Source: Macrostomum lignano (taxonomy: Eukaryota). Taken from it: 64,000 nt of DNA. Below, in pieces: positions 25,640 through 40,500 of this stretch (positions within the stretch are counted from its first letter, which is position 1; each line of letters begins with the position of its first letter). The DNA is taken from assembly GCA_002269645.1 (NCBI GenBank), contig NIVC01000111.1, positions 124,001 to 188,000 on the forward strand. Direction: 5' to 3'. Made by a program: the position numbers and the translations under genes. Below the pieces are notes generated by a model that saw only the letters and a program-made list of their open reading frames with translations, was not told the DNA's origin and made no database searches.

Positions 25640-26295
25640 AGATGATGAGACCAGTGGAGAGACCAGAGATGAGATGAGACTGAAGAGAGCATAGATGAGA
25701 TGGGAGTGGAGAGAGCAGAGATAGATGAGATGGAAGTGTTGTTGAAAGAGCTGAGCTGGAAGTGGAGAGAGCAGAGAAGAGATGAGATGGGAGTGGAGAG
25801 AGCTGAGCAGAGATGAGATGGGAGTGGAGAGAGCAGAGATAGATGAGATGGAAGTGTTGTTGAAAGAGCTGAGCTGGAAGTGGAGAGAGCAGAGAAGAGA
25901 TGAGATGGGAGTGGAGAGAGCTGAGCAGAGATGAGATGGGAGTGGAGAGAGCAGAGATGAGATGGGAGTGGAGAGCAGAGATGAGATGAGATGGGAGTGG
26001 AGAGAGCAGAGAAGAGATGGGAGTGGAGAGAGCAGAGAAGAGATGAGATGGGAGTGGAGAGAGCTGAGCAGAGATGAGATGGGAGTGGAGAGAGCAGAGA
26101 TGAGATGGGAGTGGAGAGAGCTGAGCAGAGATGGGAGTGGAGAGAGCAGAGATGAGATGAGATGGGAGTGGAGAGAGCAGAGATGAGATGAGATGGGAGT
26201 GGAGAGAGCAGAGATGAGATGAGATGGGAGTGGAGAGAGCAGGATCACATGAGAAGGGAGTGGAGAGAGCAGAGATCACATGAGAAGGGAGTGGA
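25640..26295. repeat. Purine-rich minisatellite (GAGATGAGATGGGAGTGGAGAGAGCA-like)
   Basis: Direct reading; source of the low-complexity ORFs at 25568-26516. Confidence 0.92.
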
Positions 26296-26869
26296 TATAG
26301 AGACTGCAATGAGACAAAATATCTGCCCACCACAATGAGAAATAACAGAGCAGTGCCCACAGAGAATGAGTAGAAATTTAAAGAGAAACCAAGCAGTTTC
26401 CGAGATGCAGTGCAGGTGCAGCGCAATCTCAAATTTTCCCGCACCCAGACAGCAGATGGCGATGCTAAATTAGAATCGCAATAATAATAATTATTATTGA
26501 TGTCGAATACCGACAAATCAAATTATTCCACTGAAATAAATGGGCATTTCAATAATTGCCAGCAGGCACAAGCTGGAGAACACTTGAACAACCTGTGCAC
26601 TGCGAAATGAAGTGAAGTGGCCCAGAAAACTGAATTCAACCGAATAAAGAAAAGATTTTTTGTAACTTTAGGGGATTAAAATTAAGCAAGAGGTGCTAAT
26701 CGTGTTAACAGAAGGGCAGATCAATGCGAAAGCTGCAGGGTTATTGCTAGGAGAAAAAAAGAGCAGGCCGACCTAGTGCCGCGTTGTCATAGGAAAGCAG
26801 TTAAAAATATTTCTATTAGCAAATTGCATGGATTGTTATTGTTTTGTTGTCGATAACGCGATTAAAAAA

Positions 26870-27420
26870 CGACGGTAGTTTCTATGAAAAACAGCTCGAT
26901 TGTGGTAGTTTCTAGAAAAAACAAGTTAAATCCTGGTAGTTTTTAGCACAAGTAGTTCCCTTCTGGTAGTTTCTAGGAAAAGCGCTCAATTTTGGTAGTT
27001 TCTAGGAAAACAAGTTTAACTCTGGTAGTTTCTAGGAAAACTAATTCATTTCTGGTAGTTTCTAGGAAAACCTGTTTAATTCTGGTAGCTTCTAGGAAAC
27101 CCAGTTTAATTCTGGTAGTTTCTAGGAAAACCAGTTCACTTTTGGTAGGTTCTAGAAAAACCAGCTCGATTCTGGTAGTTTCTAGGAAAAACAAGTTAAA
27201 TCCTGGTAGTTTTTAGCAAAACTAGTTCACTTCTGGTAGTTTCTAGGAAAACCAGTTCACTCTTGGTAGTTTCGAGGAAAACCAGTTTAATTCTGGTAGT
27301 TTCTAGGAAAACCAGTTCAACTCTGCTAGTATCTGGGAAACCCAATTCAATCCTGGGAGTTTCTAGGAAAACCAGTTTGATTCTGGTATTTTCTAGGAAG
27401 TCTATTCGATTCTTATATTT
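26870..27420. repeat. Minisatellite, ~30-bp unit with core TGGTAGTTTCTAGGAAAA
   Basis: Core repeated about every 30 bp with a variable middle. Confidence 0.92.
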
Positions 27421-27849
27421 CTAAGAAAAGGTAAGTCACAGTGCAGTCAGAGAATCGGGCAGTAAACAGAAGCAAATCGAACGTTGCTAAGCGCTTATAC
27501 TGTGTGGATCGAACTAAAGACAACGAACAAAGACTTGCGCAAAAAACGAACAGTCAGTTTGTTAAAAAGTGAATACTTTCAAAATACTTAGCAAACAAAC
27601 AAGGCTACTCAGATTTAAGAGACACCTAAGAAGAAACACCTTAATCAACACCAGCTGAATATATATAGTGCTAGTCATGGCTCAATCAAAAACCGAACCT
27701 AAACCTGCTACGTCCATATTGACGAGGGGCAAAAAGCTAAAACTGCACTTCGGCAAATCAAAAGGCATGCAGAGACTGGGGCGCAACACCCGCCAGATAT
27801 AGAGAAGCAAAAATGATCTGCACTGCAAGGTGAGACTTCGACATACTAC

Positions 27850-28015
27850 AATCTGACTCTAGGACATGAAAATCTCATTGAGATGCTTGAATCTCTCTCT
27901 AAGATAATGTAATCTCACTATGCGATACTGCTGAAATCTCCCCCTGGGATAATGTAATCTCACCTTGAGATACTTAACTCTCCCTCTAAGATAATGTAAT
28001 CTCACCATGAGACAC
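27850..28015. repeat. Short degenerate tandem repeat (GATAATGTAATCTCAC core)
   Basis: Core at ~27903, ~27948 and ~27990. Confidence 0.6.
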
Positions 28016-28177
28016 TAAAACCCCCCTAAAATACTTAAAGGCTCCCCACGCAAAGATTCAGATAACTATTTTTTCATAATTAATTAACAAGCCATCAATG
28101 ACAAAGTCCTATTGATTTAAATTGAGTTCCCCAACCATGCTCAAACCAGGCTCGCACAAACGGCTGACCCCGCCCAA

Positions 28178-29130
28178 TCAGCATTCGCCGTCGGCATAGT
28201 CCTGCAGATAGGCATAGGCGGAGGTCAGCTTGCCGTTCTCGGCGATGGTGGCATCTTGAAGCACGCGGCTGCAGCCGCCGGGGGCCACGTGCGGCAGCAG
28301 CATCTCGGGCACCACCCGGCGCAGGAGGAGCTCGCCGAAGGTGCTGGACGAATCGCGCGGCAGTTCGATCGGCAGATTGTCAACTGACATCACGTCGACG
28401 TAGGCTTTGTCGATATTTCGATTGTCGGAGGGCAGCTCGCAACCGCTGCTGGGGTCGAAGGTGAAGATGGGATCGTCCACGGTGGTGGCTCGTAAAGTGG
28501 ACGGCAGCGAGGCCACCGGGGCGATGTCGCAGGTGATGTCGCCGACAAGTTGGATGCCGAAGTCGGGCCGGCGCATGTCCTCAAGCGTGAGCAGCGGGGC
28601 GCAGCGGTGGTCCCAAAAGATGCCGTTGATCAGCACGTTGGCCCTGGTGGCGAACGGCCAAATGACGCTGTGGTAGCCGGTTGGGTCGGAGAAAAACTCC
28701 ACGCTCCAGCCGGCCTCGGGGCCCTTGGCGGATGGGTGCAGGGCAGATTCGATGTACTGAAATTCGTGCATTTTTACGATTGTTTCCAGTTTTCCTCCGC
28801 TGTAGCCCGGAGCTGGGGTTGACAGTGATTCAGAGAAATAATATCCAGGACGATTTGAGTTGTCACGCAATCAGCCAATTGTGCGCTGGCTAAATGTCCG
28901 GATTTACAAGAATATTTTGATTTAATGCGAGGCTTTTGTAGACAGACAGAATTATGGATAGATAGAAGATAGAGATAGAGAAATATACTAACTAACAGAC
29001 AGACAGAGACAGACAGACAGACAGACAGACATAGAAACAGACAGGCAGAGGCAGACAGACATACACTAAGACAGACAGACAGATGGACGGACGAAGAGAC
29101 AGACAGACACATGCATAGAGTAAGACAGAA

Positions 29131-29177
<47 letters not shown>

Positions 29178-30995
29178 AAGACAGGGAAATCCCTTTACTG
29201 AATCAGTAAGCTAATAAAGGTGAATTAGCAGCAGGCATGGAATCAGCTCTAGAGACTGGCGGAATCCGCAGCCGCTACCTGTGAGCAAACAGACCTTGCG
29301 GAACAGCCAGTCCGCAGGCAGCTGGGTATACGTGCCCGCGTGCCCCGGCTGCCACTCGCGGGCCAGAAAGTCCTGCGGCGCCAGGCGCTCCAGGCCCAGC
29401 AGGTTAAGCAGTTCGCAGGCTCCGTTGCCAACCCGACCGTCGCCAGTGACAACCACGCGAAGATCTGGCGTTACGAGCAAAATTAAATGACTTTTCTATG
29501 TACAAGCAGGAGCCATAGCAACTGCTTTAGTTCGTATTTTTTGTAAACGCGAAAATTTCTTATTTTCTTGATTCTGTCTTGTTGAAGTTCACGAGGATCC
29601 GTCAAGCTGGACTCAAGTAGTTGATGCTTGCTCTCAAGTGCTCAAAAAGTGACATAAGGAATGCTGTCCTGGGAAAGTCCTTTTAGAACTGCTTTCCGAG
29701 CTTCGCGCGTTATTCTTATTTTCGATTTTCACTGTGCCAAGAAGATACCTACAGACAAGTGATTTTTAGTATAGTGGACTAGCAACCTGCGCCCCCCGTT
29801 GGGGAGGCAAAAAAGCAGTAATTTTTTTTACTTAACTACTTATATATCTGTCGACCTTATACAATCTTGTACAATTTTGTCACTATTGTTAGTTCCTTTA
29901 GGAAAACGATGTTCAAAGCCTCCCTTTGAGCCATGGCTTAACTTTTAACCTACCTTTGATGCTTCGCCTATCAACAACTTCCAACTGACCCTTGGCATCC
30001 CAGCATTGCTGCTAATCTCATGAGTTCTCCCTGCGAGCCTTGGCGTCTCAACAATTTTTTATGTATTAGGGGCATTTTCAAGTTTTTCCCTAGCTAAATA
30101 ATCTGTTCAACATAATTTCCCGCGGCAAGTCAGATATTGGAAGCATTGCTGGTCTTTTGTAAGAATTCAATATTTAACCTAGCGACTTTTCACATGCAGA
30201 AACATCCCATTATTGACGCTTAAACGTGGAATGTCTTCAAGATAAGGAGCAAATAAATCGACCTAAAATAAAGGCTCATCCGGACAAAAACTTCTTGGAA
30301 ATGCAATACCTCGTACCTGGGTGCCAAATAAGAAACCGTTTGAATTAAAATAATCGAAAATCGTCTCGTGTGACAACTTTTGGGTTTTCAAGGAACCAAA
30401 GACACAAACCTCTCATCATCTCCGGCTTGATCTCATCAGCGTAGCGCTTTTTGGCCGCCTCCCAGTCCTGCGCCTCCCTCAGCCGGAACAGCTGGCAGCA
30501 GCCAGAGCGCCGGCCCCAGGCCATCATGGTGTTGTGCGCGCCCACAATGCCCGCCCAGCGACCGAATCCTACCAGTCGGATACCTAGGGCGTCGCGCATG
30601 CACTCCCAGTCCATGAGGCGGATGCCTTTGTCCAGGACAGCTCTCAGCAGATCCCTATTGTGAGGCTGCTTCTTAATAGTGTGCGAGAACAGGGCGTAGG
30701 TGGCCCCGGGCTGCAGGGTGTCCACAGCAGGCGGCTTCACTCCGAGCAGGAAGTCGGCGCCAACTGCTTTCTCAACAATTTTCGCCCCAGCGGCCAAATA
30801 TTCTTTGTCGCTGTAGCAGCGAAATGGGCAGCTTTCAACAAGGATAGTGACTCTGGAGCCGTACAGGGAGAGGATCTCCTCACAGTTGGCCGGAGTCAGC
30901 GGAACCCGGGTCTCATCAGGAATCAGAGTCTCGCGGATGATGCCAATGGTGACTGGAGCACCAGAATTGTTAGCTTCAGTGTTTGTGCTGGACAT
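28178..30995 (-). CDS. Stand-alone saccharopine dehydrogenase/lysine-ketoglutarate reductase-like oxidoreductase (AlaDh/PNT superfamily), copy 1, 433 aa
   Basis: Exons 30995-30410, 29464-29295 and 28723-28178 join in frame (586+170+546 = 1302 nt) through GT-AG introns of phase 1 and 0. Motifs: IGIIRE..ETRVPLTP, LLGVK, FSHTIKKQPHN, DWECM, GFGRWAGIVGAHN, VVVTGDGRVG, LINGIFWD, DITCDI, SVDNLP, ATIAENGKLT..YAYLQDY. Confidence 0.92.
28995..29185. repeat. (GACA)n microsatellite inside intron 2 of copy 1
   Basis: Direct reading. Confidence 0.93.
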
Positions 30996-33900
30996 TCTGT
31001 GTAATTAGTTAGTTGCTGTGGGAGTGGGAATGCCAATTAGATAAGCAAGTCAGTCAAGCAATACAAGCAAAGATAATATTTATCTAATATTGTCTATGTT
31101 TAAAGATGGCTAGGATCAAATATTTTTACGATTAACAAAGTTTCGAATAGAGATGTTCATTTGGATCCCGTGATTTTGGACAATTAGGATGAAAAGTATA
31201 AATATTTGCACTCTTTCCACAACTATCCAACAACCAGTCTGCATATTCTTCTGACTCCTGAGCATTTACAAGCACACAGATACTGTACATAGACGCACTC
31301 ATACACATACATAGGGTGTCCAGCAGCCATAACATTCTAATCATCTAGAATCTATAGTCCAAAGTATCTTGGGAGTTGGCCTGCATGGATGTGAATTGCA
31401 GAAGCCCCAAATAGTAGAGTATAGCAACTTCTGCCCTCCTTCAATTCACTTAGCACTCTTCATTATTTACTCTCTTGTGCAATTCAGTCTAGACTTCCTT
31501 ACCCTCTATTCACTCTGATTAATCCTCCCTCTTTAGCCTCTTGTTCTCACTCCAACCCTCCATTCATTTTGCATAGCTAACCTACCCCCCCTCTTTGCAT
31601 GCCTTAACCCCCCTGCTGCCCCACAATTTTAATATAAAAAAAATGTTGTAGGCTTTGCTTATTGACTATATACTGACCACTTCTGTCTTACTATTAAATG
31701 TAACTCAAGTTAGATTAGTTTGTCTTAGTTTTTTAACATGTCTAATGTGGGGCCATGTCTAAATTTAGATTAGTTAACTCATTATTTTCTCAACACACAT
31801 ATTAGGACTTTGACACCATATGAATACTGTGGTTAGGATAGTAGGGCCTTAAATAAAGATGAATGAAGCCAAAAGGGAAAGCTGCCCAGCATTTGCCATT
31901 ATCAAAGAATGCTAAAGGAAGCATCTTGGAAACCAACTGATAAGTATGCCATTACTCTTACAGAAGATCTTAGTAAGAATTAGTAATGGACTGAATATGG
32001 ATTTTTACAAGTTTTCAAAACCAAATACTAATGCACAAAAAATTTTGAATCCAAATTTCAATATCCAAATGTGTTTCCAAATGTAAGCAAAAAGTGGTGG
32101 GAGTAACTTGACACATTTAATTACAATTGCCTCCTCATCTAATTAGTGATACATATGAATTGACTCTCAAGATTATATCTGTCCTAGGCTTATGCCTTAT
32201 ACTATATCTATCTAGTATCTATCAAAACCAAATTTAGTAAAGAGTAAATAAGTTTGAATTGAAATTAATTTTTATATATCTTATCTAACTAATTTTAATT
32301 TATTATTAATACTAACTGATATTATATTTGTGCAATTCAATAATTTTACTTTAAGCCTATATATATATGCATTTGCATTTTGAAAAAAAGTAATAATTAT
32401 ACTTAAATAATGATTACCTAAAGAATGTTTTTATGAATTTAGTTTTAATGCCTCAAGGGTTTCAAGGCCAAATTTTACAAACTTTACTTGATATAAACTT
32501 TTAAATATGTTTTTGCAAAAACTGACAATTGTAAAAATGATTAATGAATAATGCCTAAAATAATAGGTCTATAAAATTTTGTAAGCCTATTCTTATTTTT
32601 TAATTTACTTTCTTATTTTAAAAGCATTATTACTTTTACATTTGTAATTGCTTTGGTTTGTTGCTTTTTTCATATTTGGAAGCAAATTTAGAAATGTCGC
32701 CCCTTAGGTGGAGACCCAAAAAAATCAAAGGAAGACCAAGCAAATTTTTGCCAAAAACAGAGCCACCCCTCCGCCCCCCCCTCCTGGCCTCCCAAGACTT
32801 TACCCTCCAGAATCCGCCCCCTCAAAAAATTTCTGGTTGTGCTACTGAAGTATACCAATTTTTCTTTAGGCCTAGCAAAGGCCACCTTTATGACTAAGCC
32901 TATGGAATTGTGTTATCCAAAACGTTCTTTCTTAGAAAAAACATCTAAGTTTACTTTCCTCTGTCTCTGGCATTTTAGTCAAAACGTCCACTTGTTTTTC
33001 CCGGTTTCCTTGTTTGCTTCAATAAAATGCATACAAGTAAATAAATAAAAAAGCCCTCTAGAGTTAGTATTCTCTATATCAAAAAAAGGTTTTTAAGATT
33101 GTAATAAAATAATACCACGATTTTAAGGCACAGTTTTCAGAAAGGGCTGACGCAGTGCTAAAATCTTACATGCTGAGTTGAGCCAGACAAAGGTAATGAT
33201 AGTTCGAAGAAAACTAGAGGTTTAACTTTTTATATAATACGTAATTCTACTGTAAAGTAAAACAAAACAACACTGTCTTTATATTGCTTAAACGATCTGG
33301 AATTTTTCCAAAAGTGTGAGCTCTAAAAAATTGTCTGAAAATTGCATTATATAACTAAGGCATGTGTTAAATCCATTAAATATGGCTTTGGTGTTAATGA
33401 GGTTAAAAAGGCATTTTATTCTATATATATATTCTATATTCTATAGGCTATTTTACTGTTCAAATAGGCTTACATTTTCGAAGAATTCAGTTAATCAGTC
33501 AAGTTCATTTAATTCGGCCAATGGCCAAAGGCTTTAATATCTGAAGTTCTAGTTGGATTTAAGACAGTTTGTAAAATTATATGTACTACTTTACGTTACA
33601 CTAGGCAGACTGCAGACAACAAAACATGTTTCAGAGACCTGCTACATGAAGGTCAAATATTATACTCAAAAAAAGACGAAGGATAATTCTTTAAAATTTT
33701 ATGCCTGAAGATCCTAAGTAGCTGGAACATCAAGCAGAGGTTTTTTATTCACAAAGCTGTTCAAAACGGCAATGTTAGTTCCGAAAAAATATTACTTTGG
33801 TCATCGCAGAGTGTAAAAAGGATAACAATTAATAAGAACTAGATAAAAGTTTTATCTTTGCCGCGTTTGCAAAAAGATGGAGGAAATAGTTCAACGAGCT

Positions 33901-34553
33901 TATCAGGTCTCTGATTTAACGGCGCCAGCGCGCAATGAGATATTCTGACTGTAAAGGAGCAAAAGGCCAAGTACTGTAGGTGAATCAGCAGATAGAAAAA
34001 TGGCCACGTTTTGGTAAATATAATAATACGAAAAAGCTGACTACCATAATTACGCAATATGCAGATCGCAAAAAAATATCGTAAAAATAAAGTGCTTGGG
34101 CGGCGGGGTTACAACAAAAGCGCAAGCGCTGGGAAAAAGACGCTAAGGTTAAATTTTTATGTTACGATTAGAACAACAAAGCTTTAGCACGGAGTAGCAA
34201 AAAACTTAAAAAATGAAAAAAATATGTTTTATTCATCAATATAACAATTCGATTACTATAGAAAATAATAACATCGTACGAAACATCCAATACCGATTTT
34301 TTATTACGTCCGTAACCCGGAAAACGCGCGATCCGCATAGCAACAGGAGTTTCTAAGAAACAGGACGACAAAAATTGAATTTTATTAGTTGTTTAGTAAA
34401 ACTTCTGTTTTATTTTTTTACTCCCATTGCTATGTGGAAATGATAAGGCAAGAGAAATATAATTAATTATGATAGAAACATGAGAAAAACACCGTCACCT
34501 TTACTAATTTATTACTAAGGTTATTAAAAGTCTTGGTCAGTTCTTGTTGTCAA

Positions 34554-37500
34554 TCAGTCCTCGGCCGCGTTAACAAAGTCGCTCAGGTAGGCGAAAACGC
34601 TTGTCAGCTTGCCGGCTTCCGTGATGGTGGCGCCCTCCAGCACCGGGCTGACCCGCTGATTGCCATCAGCGGCAGCCGCCTGGAGGAACTCCGGCAGCAC
34701 CTTGTTGAGAATCATGTCGCCAAAGTCGCGGGAGGCATCCCGAGGCAGCTCGCTAGGCAGGTTGTCCACCGCCATGACGTCAACGGCAAGGGCTGAACGC
34801 GGCTCGCCTGGCTGCAGCTCGCGACCGAGCTCCGGGTCGAAGGTCAGCACCTTGGGTTTGGGAGAAGTCGGGCAGCCATTCTTACTCAGGATTCCACATT
34901 CAATTTGAGATCCTCAAGCTACGGTATGGATGGGTGCAAAGCGCAGGAAACTGCGCTCATATTTTTAATACCTCCATCTGGAACGGCTTGAATTAGATCG
35001 GGCAGGCAGGTTGACCTCGCTAGCAAGCAAGATGGCGAGCCGAACTCCAAGCACAGGCTGTGCAGGTGCTATTCACTTGCTCACAGCAGTTTGAGAGGGC
35101 GAGTGTTTTGTTTGAGAATTGGGTAGCTCAGACCATCTACTGCGGGTTAAATTTCTTGCTGCTACTATGGACAGAAGATGGCGACGATTCGAAAATATCA
35201 AATTTTACAATGGATTTTCTTCGCTACGGTATGCTGTTTAAATTGGGTAGGGTGATCCTTAACTATGGTATGATGATCCTTAACTATGGTATGGTGATCC
35301 TTAACTATGGTATGATGATCCTTAACTATGGTATGGTGATCCTTAACTATGGTATGGTGATCCTTAACTACGGTATGGTGATGCTTAACTACGGTATGGT
35401 GATTCTTAACCATGGTATGGTGATCCTTAACCATGGTATGGTGATCCTTAACTATGGTATGATGATCCTTAACTATGGTATGGTGATCCTTAACTATGGT
35501 ATGATGATCCTTAACTATGGTATGGTGATCCATAACTATGGTATGATGATCCTTAACTATGGTATGGTGATCCTTAACCATGGTATGGTGATCCTTAACT
35601 ATGGTATGATGATCATTAACTATGGTATGGTGATCCTTAACTATGGTATGGTGATCCTTAACTATGGTATGATGATCCTTAACCATGGTATGATGATCCT
35701 TAACTATGGTATGATGATCCTTAACCATGGTATGATGATCCTTAACTATGGTATGGTGATCCTTAACTATGGTATGGTGATCCTTAACCATGGTATGGTG
35801 ATCCTTAACTATGGTATGATGATCCTTAACCATGGTATGATGATCCTTAACTATGGTATGGTGATCCTTAACTATGGTATGGTGATCCTTAACCATGGTA
35901 TGGTGATCCTTAACTATGGTATGATGATCCTTAACCATGGTATGATGATCCTTAACTATGGTATGATGATCCTTAACCATGGTATGATGATCCTTAACTA
36001 TGGTATGGTGATCCTTAACTATGGTATGGTGATCCTTAACCATGGTATGGTGATCCTTAACTATGGTATGGTGATCCTTAACCATGGTATGGTGATCCTA
36101 ACTACGGTTGAACGTAGATTGTTAACTACGGTATGGGGATTCTTAACTACGGTATGGGGATTGTTAACTACGGTATGGGGATTCCTAACTACGGTATGGA
36201 GATTGTTAACTACGGTATGGGGATTCCTAACTACGGTATGGGGATTCTTAACTACGGTATGGAGATTGTTAACTACGGTATGGGGATTCTTAACTACGGT
36301 ATGGGGATTGTTAACTACGGTATGGGGATTCTTAACTACGGTATGGGGATTGTTAACTACGGTATGGGGATTCTTAACTACGGTATGGGGATTGTTAACT
36401 ACGGTATGGGGATTCTTAACTACGGTATGGGGATTGTTAACTACGGTATGGGGATTCTTAACTACGGTATGGAGATTGTTAACTACGGTATGGGGATTCC
36501 TAACTACGGTATGGGGATTCTTAACTACGGTATGGAGATTGTTAACTACGGTATGGGGATTCTTAACTACGGTATGGGGATTCCTAACTACGGTAGATTT
36601 TTAACTATGGTATGGAAGGGAATTTAGCTACGGTATGGGGGGAATAAGCTACGGTATGGGAGGGAATTTAGCTACGGTATGGGGGAATTTAGCTACGGTA
36701 TGGGAGGGAATTTAGCTACGGTATGGGGGAATTTAGCTACGGTATGGAAGGGAATTAGCTACGGTATGGAAGGGAATTTAGCTACGGTATGGAAGGGAAT
36801 TTAGCTACGGTATGGAAGGGAATTTAGCTACGGTATGGAAGGGAATAAGCTACGGTATGGAAGGGAATTTAGCTACGGTATGGAAGGGAATTTAGCTACG
36901 GTATGGAACGGAATTTAGCTACGGTATGGGGGAATTTAGCTACGGTATGGGAGGGAATTTAGCTACGGTATGGGAGGGAATTTAGCTACGGTATGGGAGG
37001 GAATTTAGCTACGGTATGGAAGGGAATTTAGCTACGGTATGGGGAATTTAGCTACGGTATGGAAGGGAATTTAGCTACGGTATGGAAGGGAATTTAGCTA
37101 CGGTATGGAAGGGAATTTAGCTACGGTATGGAAGGGAATTAGCTACGGTATGGAAGGGAATTTAGCTACGGTATGGAAGGGAATTTAGCTACGGTATGGA
37201 ACGGAATTTAGCTACGGTATGGAAGGGAATTTAGCTACGGTATGGAACGGAATTTAGCTACGGTATGGGGGAATTTAGCTACGGTATGGAAGGGAATTTA
37301 GCTACGGTATGGGAGGGAATTTAGCTACGGTATGGGGGGAATAAGCTACGGTATGGGGGAATTTAGCTACGGTATGGAAGGGAATTTAGCTACGGTATGG
37401 GGGAATTTAGCTACGGTATGGAAGGGAATTTAGCTACGGTATGGAAGGGAATATAGCTACGGTATGGAAGGGAATTTATCTACGGTATGGAAGGGAATTA

Positions 37501-40500
37501 GCTACGGTATGGAAGGGAATTTAGCTACGGTATGGAAGGGAATTTAGCTACGGTATGGAAGGGAATTTAGCTACGGTATGGGAGGGAATTTAGCTACGGT
37601 ATGGAAGGGAATTTAGCTACGGTATGGAAGGGAATTTAGCTACGGTATGGGGGAATTTAGCTACGGTATGGAAGGGAATTTAGCTACGGTATGGAAGGGA
37701 ATATAGCTACGGTATGGAAGGGAATTTAGCTACGGTATGGAAGGGAATTTAGCTACGGTATGGAAGGGAATTTAGCTACGGTATGGGGGAATTTAGCTAC
37801 GGTATGGAAGGGAATTTAGCTACGGTATGGAAGGGAATTTAGCTACGGTATGGAAGGGAATTTAGCTACGGTATGGAAGGGAATTTAGCTACGGTATGGA
37901 GGGAATTTAGCTACGGTATGGGGGAATTTAGCTACGGTATGGAGGGAATTTAGCTACGGTATGGGAGGGAATTTAGCTACGGTATGGAGGGAATTTAGCT
38001 ACGGTATGGAGGGAATTTAGCTACGGTATGGAGGGAATTTAGCTACGGTATGGAGGGAATTTAGCTACGGTATGGGGGAATTTAGCTACGGTATGGGGGA
38101 ATTTAGCTACGGTATGGAAGGGAATTTAGCTACGGTATGGAAGGGAATTTATCTACGGTATGGAAGGGAATTTAGCTACGGTATGGAAGGGAATTTAGCT
38201 ACGGTATGGGGGAATTTAGCTACGGTATGGAAGGGAATTTAGCTACGGTATGGAAGGGAATTTAGCTACGGTATGGAAGGGAATTTAGCTACGGTATGGG
38301 GGAATTTAGCTACGGTATGGAAGGGAATTTAGCTACGGTATGGAAGGGAATTTAGCTACGGTATGGAAGGGAATTTAGCTACGGTATGGAAGGGAATTTA
38401 GCTACGGTATGGAAGGGAATTTAGCTACGGTATGGAAGGGAATTTAGCTACGGTATGGAAGGGAATTTAGCTACGGTATGGAAGGGAATTTAGCTACGGT
38501 ATGGAAGGGAATTTAGCTACGGTATGGGGGAATTTAGCTACGGTATGGAAGGGAATTTAGCTACGGTATGGGGGAATTTAGCTACGGTATGGAAGGGAAT
38601 TTAGCTACGGTATGGAAGGGAATTTAGCTACGGTATGGAAGGGAATTTAGCTACGGTATGGGGGAATTTAGCTACGGTATGGAAGGGAATTTAGCTACGG
38701 TATGGAAGGGAATTTAGCTACGGTATGGAAGGGAATTTAGCTACGGTATGGAAGGGAATTTAGCTACGGTATGGAAGGGAATTTAGCTACGGTATGGAAG
38801 GGAATTTAGCTACGGTATGGAAGGGAATTTAGCTACGGTATGGGGGAATTTAGCTACGGTATGGAGGGAATTTAGCTACGGTATGGAGGGAATTTAGCTA
38901 CGGTATGGAAGGGAATTTAGCTACGGTATGGAAGGGAATTTAGCTACGGTATGGAAGGGAATTTAGCTACGGTATGGAAGGGAATTTAGCTACGGTATGG
39001 AAGGGAATTTAGCTACGGTATGGAAGGGAATTTAGCTACGGTATGGAAGGGAATTTAGCTACGGTATGGGGGAATTTAGCTACGGTATGGAGGGAATTTA
39101 GCTACGGTATGGAAGGGAATTTAGCTACGGTATGGAAGGGAATTTAGCTACGGTATGGGGGAATTTAGCTACGGTATGGAAGGAATTTAGCTACGGTATG
39201 GAAGGGAATTTAGCTACGGTATGGAAGGGAATTTAGCTACGGTATGGAAGGGAATTTAGCTACGGTATGGAAGGGAATTTAGCTACGGTATGGAAGGGAA
39301 TTTAGCTACGGTATGGAAGGGAATTTAGCTACGGTATGGAAGGGAATTTAGCTACGGTATGGAAGGGAATTTAGCTACGGTATGGAAGGGAATTTAGCTA
39401 CGGTATGGAAGGGAATTTAGCTACGGTATGGAAGGGAATTTAGCTACGGTATGGAAGGGAATTTAGCTACGGTATGGAAGGGAATTTAGCTACGGTATGG
39501 AAGGGAATTTAGCTACGGTATGGAAGGGAATTTAGCTACGGTATGGAAGGGAATTTAGCTACGGTATGGAAGGGAATTTAGCTACGGTATGGAAGGGAAT
39601 TTAGCTACGGTATGGAAGGGAATTTAGCTACGGTATGGAAGGGAATTTAGCTACGGTATGGGGGAATTTAGCTACGGTATGGAAGGGAATTTAGCTACGG
39701 TATGGAAGGGAATTTAGCTACGGTATGGAAGGGAATTTAGCTACGGTATGGAAGGGAATTTAGCTACGGTATGGAAGGGAATTTAGCTACGGTATGGAAG
39801 GGAATTTAGCTACGGTATGGAAGGGAATTTAGCTACGGTATGGAAGGGAATTTAGCTACGGTATGGAAGGGAATTTAGCTACGGTATGGGGGAATTTAGC
39901 TACGGTATGGAAGGGAATTTAGCTACGGTATGGAAGGGAATTTAGCTACGGTATGGAAGGGAATTTAGCTACGGTATGGAAGGGAATTTAGCTACGGTAT
40001 GGAAGGGAATTTAGCTACGGTATGGAAGGGAATTTAGCTACGGTATGGAAGGGAATTTAGCTACGGTATGGAAGGGAATTTAGCTACGGTATGGAAGGGA
40101 ATTTAGCTACGGTATGGAAGGGAATTTAGCTACGGTATGGAAGGGAATTTAGCTACGGTATGGAAGGGAATTTAGCTACGGTATGGAAGGGAATTTAGCT
40201 ACGGTATGGGGGAATTTAGCTACGGTATGGAAGGGAATTTAGCTACGGTATGGGGGAATTTAGCTACGGTATGGAGGGAATTTAGCTACGGTATGGAAGG
40301 GAATTTAGCTACGGTATGGAAGGGAATTTAGCTACGGTATGGAGGGAATTTAGCTACGGTATGGAAGGGAATTTAGCTACGGTATGGAAGGGAATTTAGC
40401 TACGGTATGGAAGGGAATTTAGCTACGGTATGGAAGGGAATTTAGCTACGGTATGGAAGGGAATTTAGCTACGGTATGGGGGAATTTAGCTACGGTATGG

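Noticed and set aside
25568-27216. Low-complexity ORFs (SSLLSPLPSH, FLETTR)
   Set aside because: They are minisatellite translations.
35060-36627. Long ORFs (514, 295 and 164 aa) of ILNYGMV / VKDHHT repeats
   Set aside because: A stop-free 21-bp unit produces open frames by construction, and the region lies inside the intron of SDH-like copy 2.
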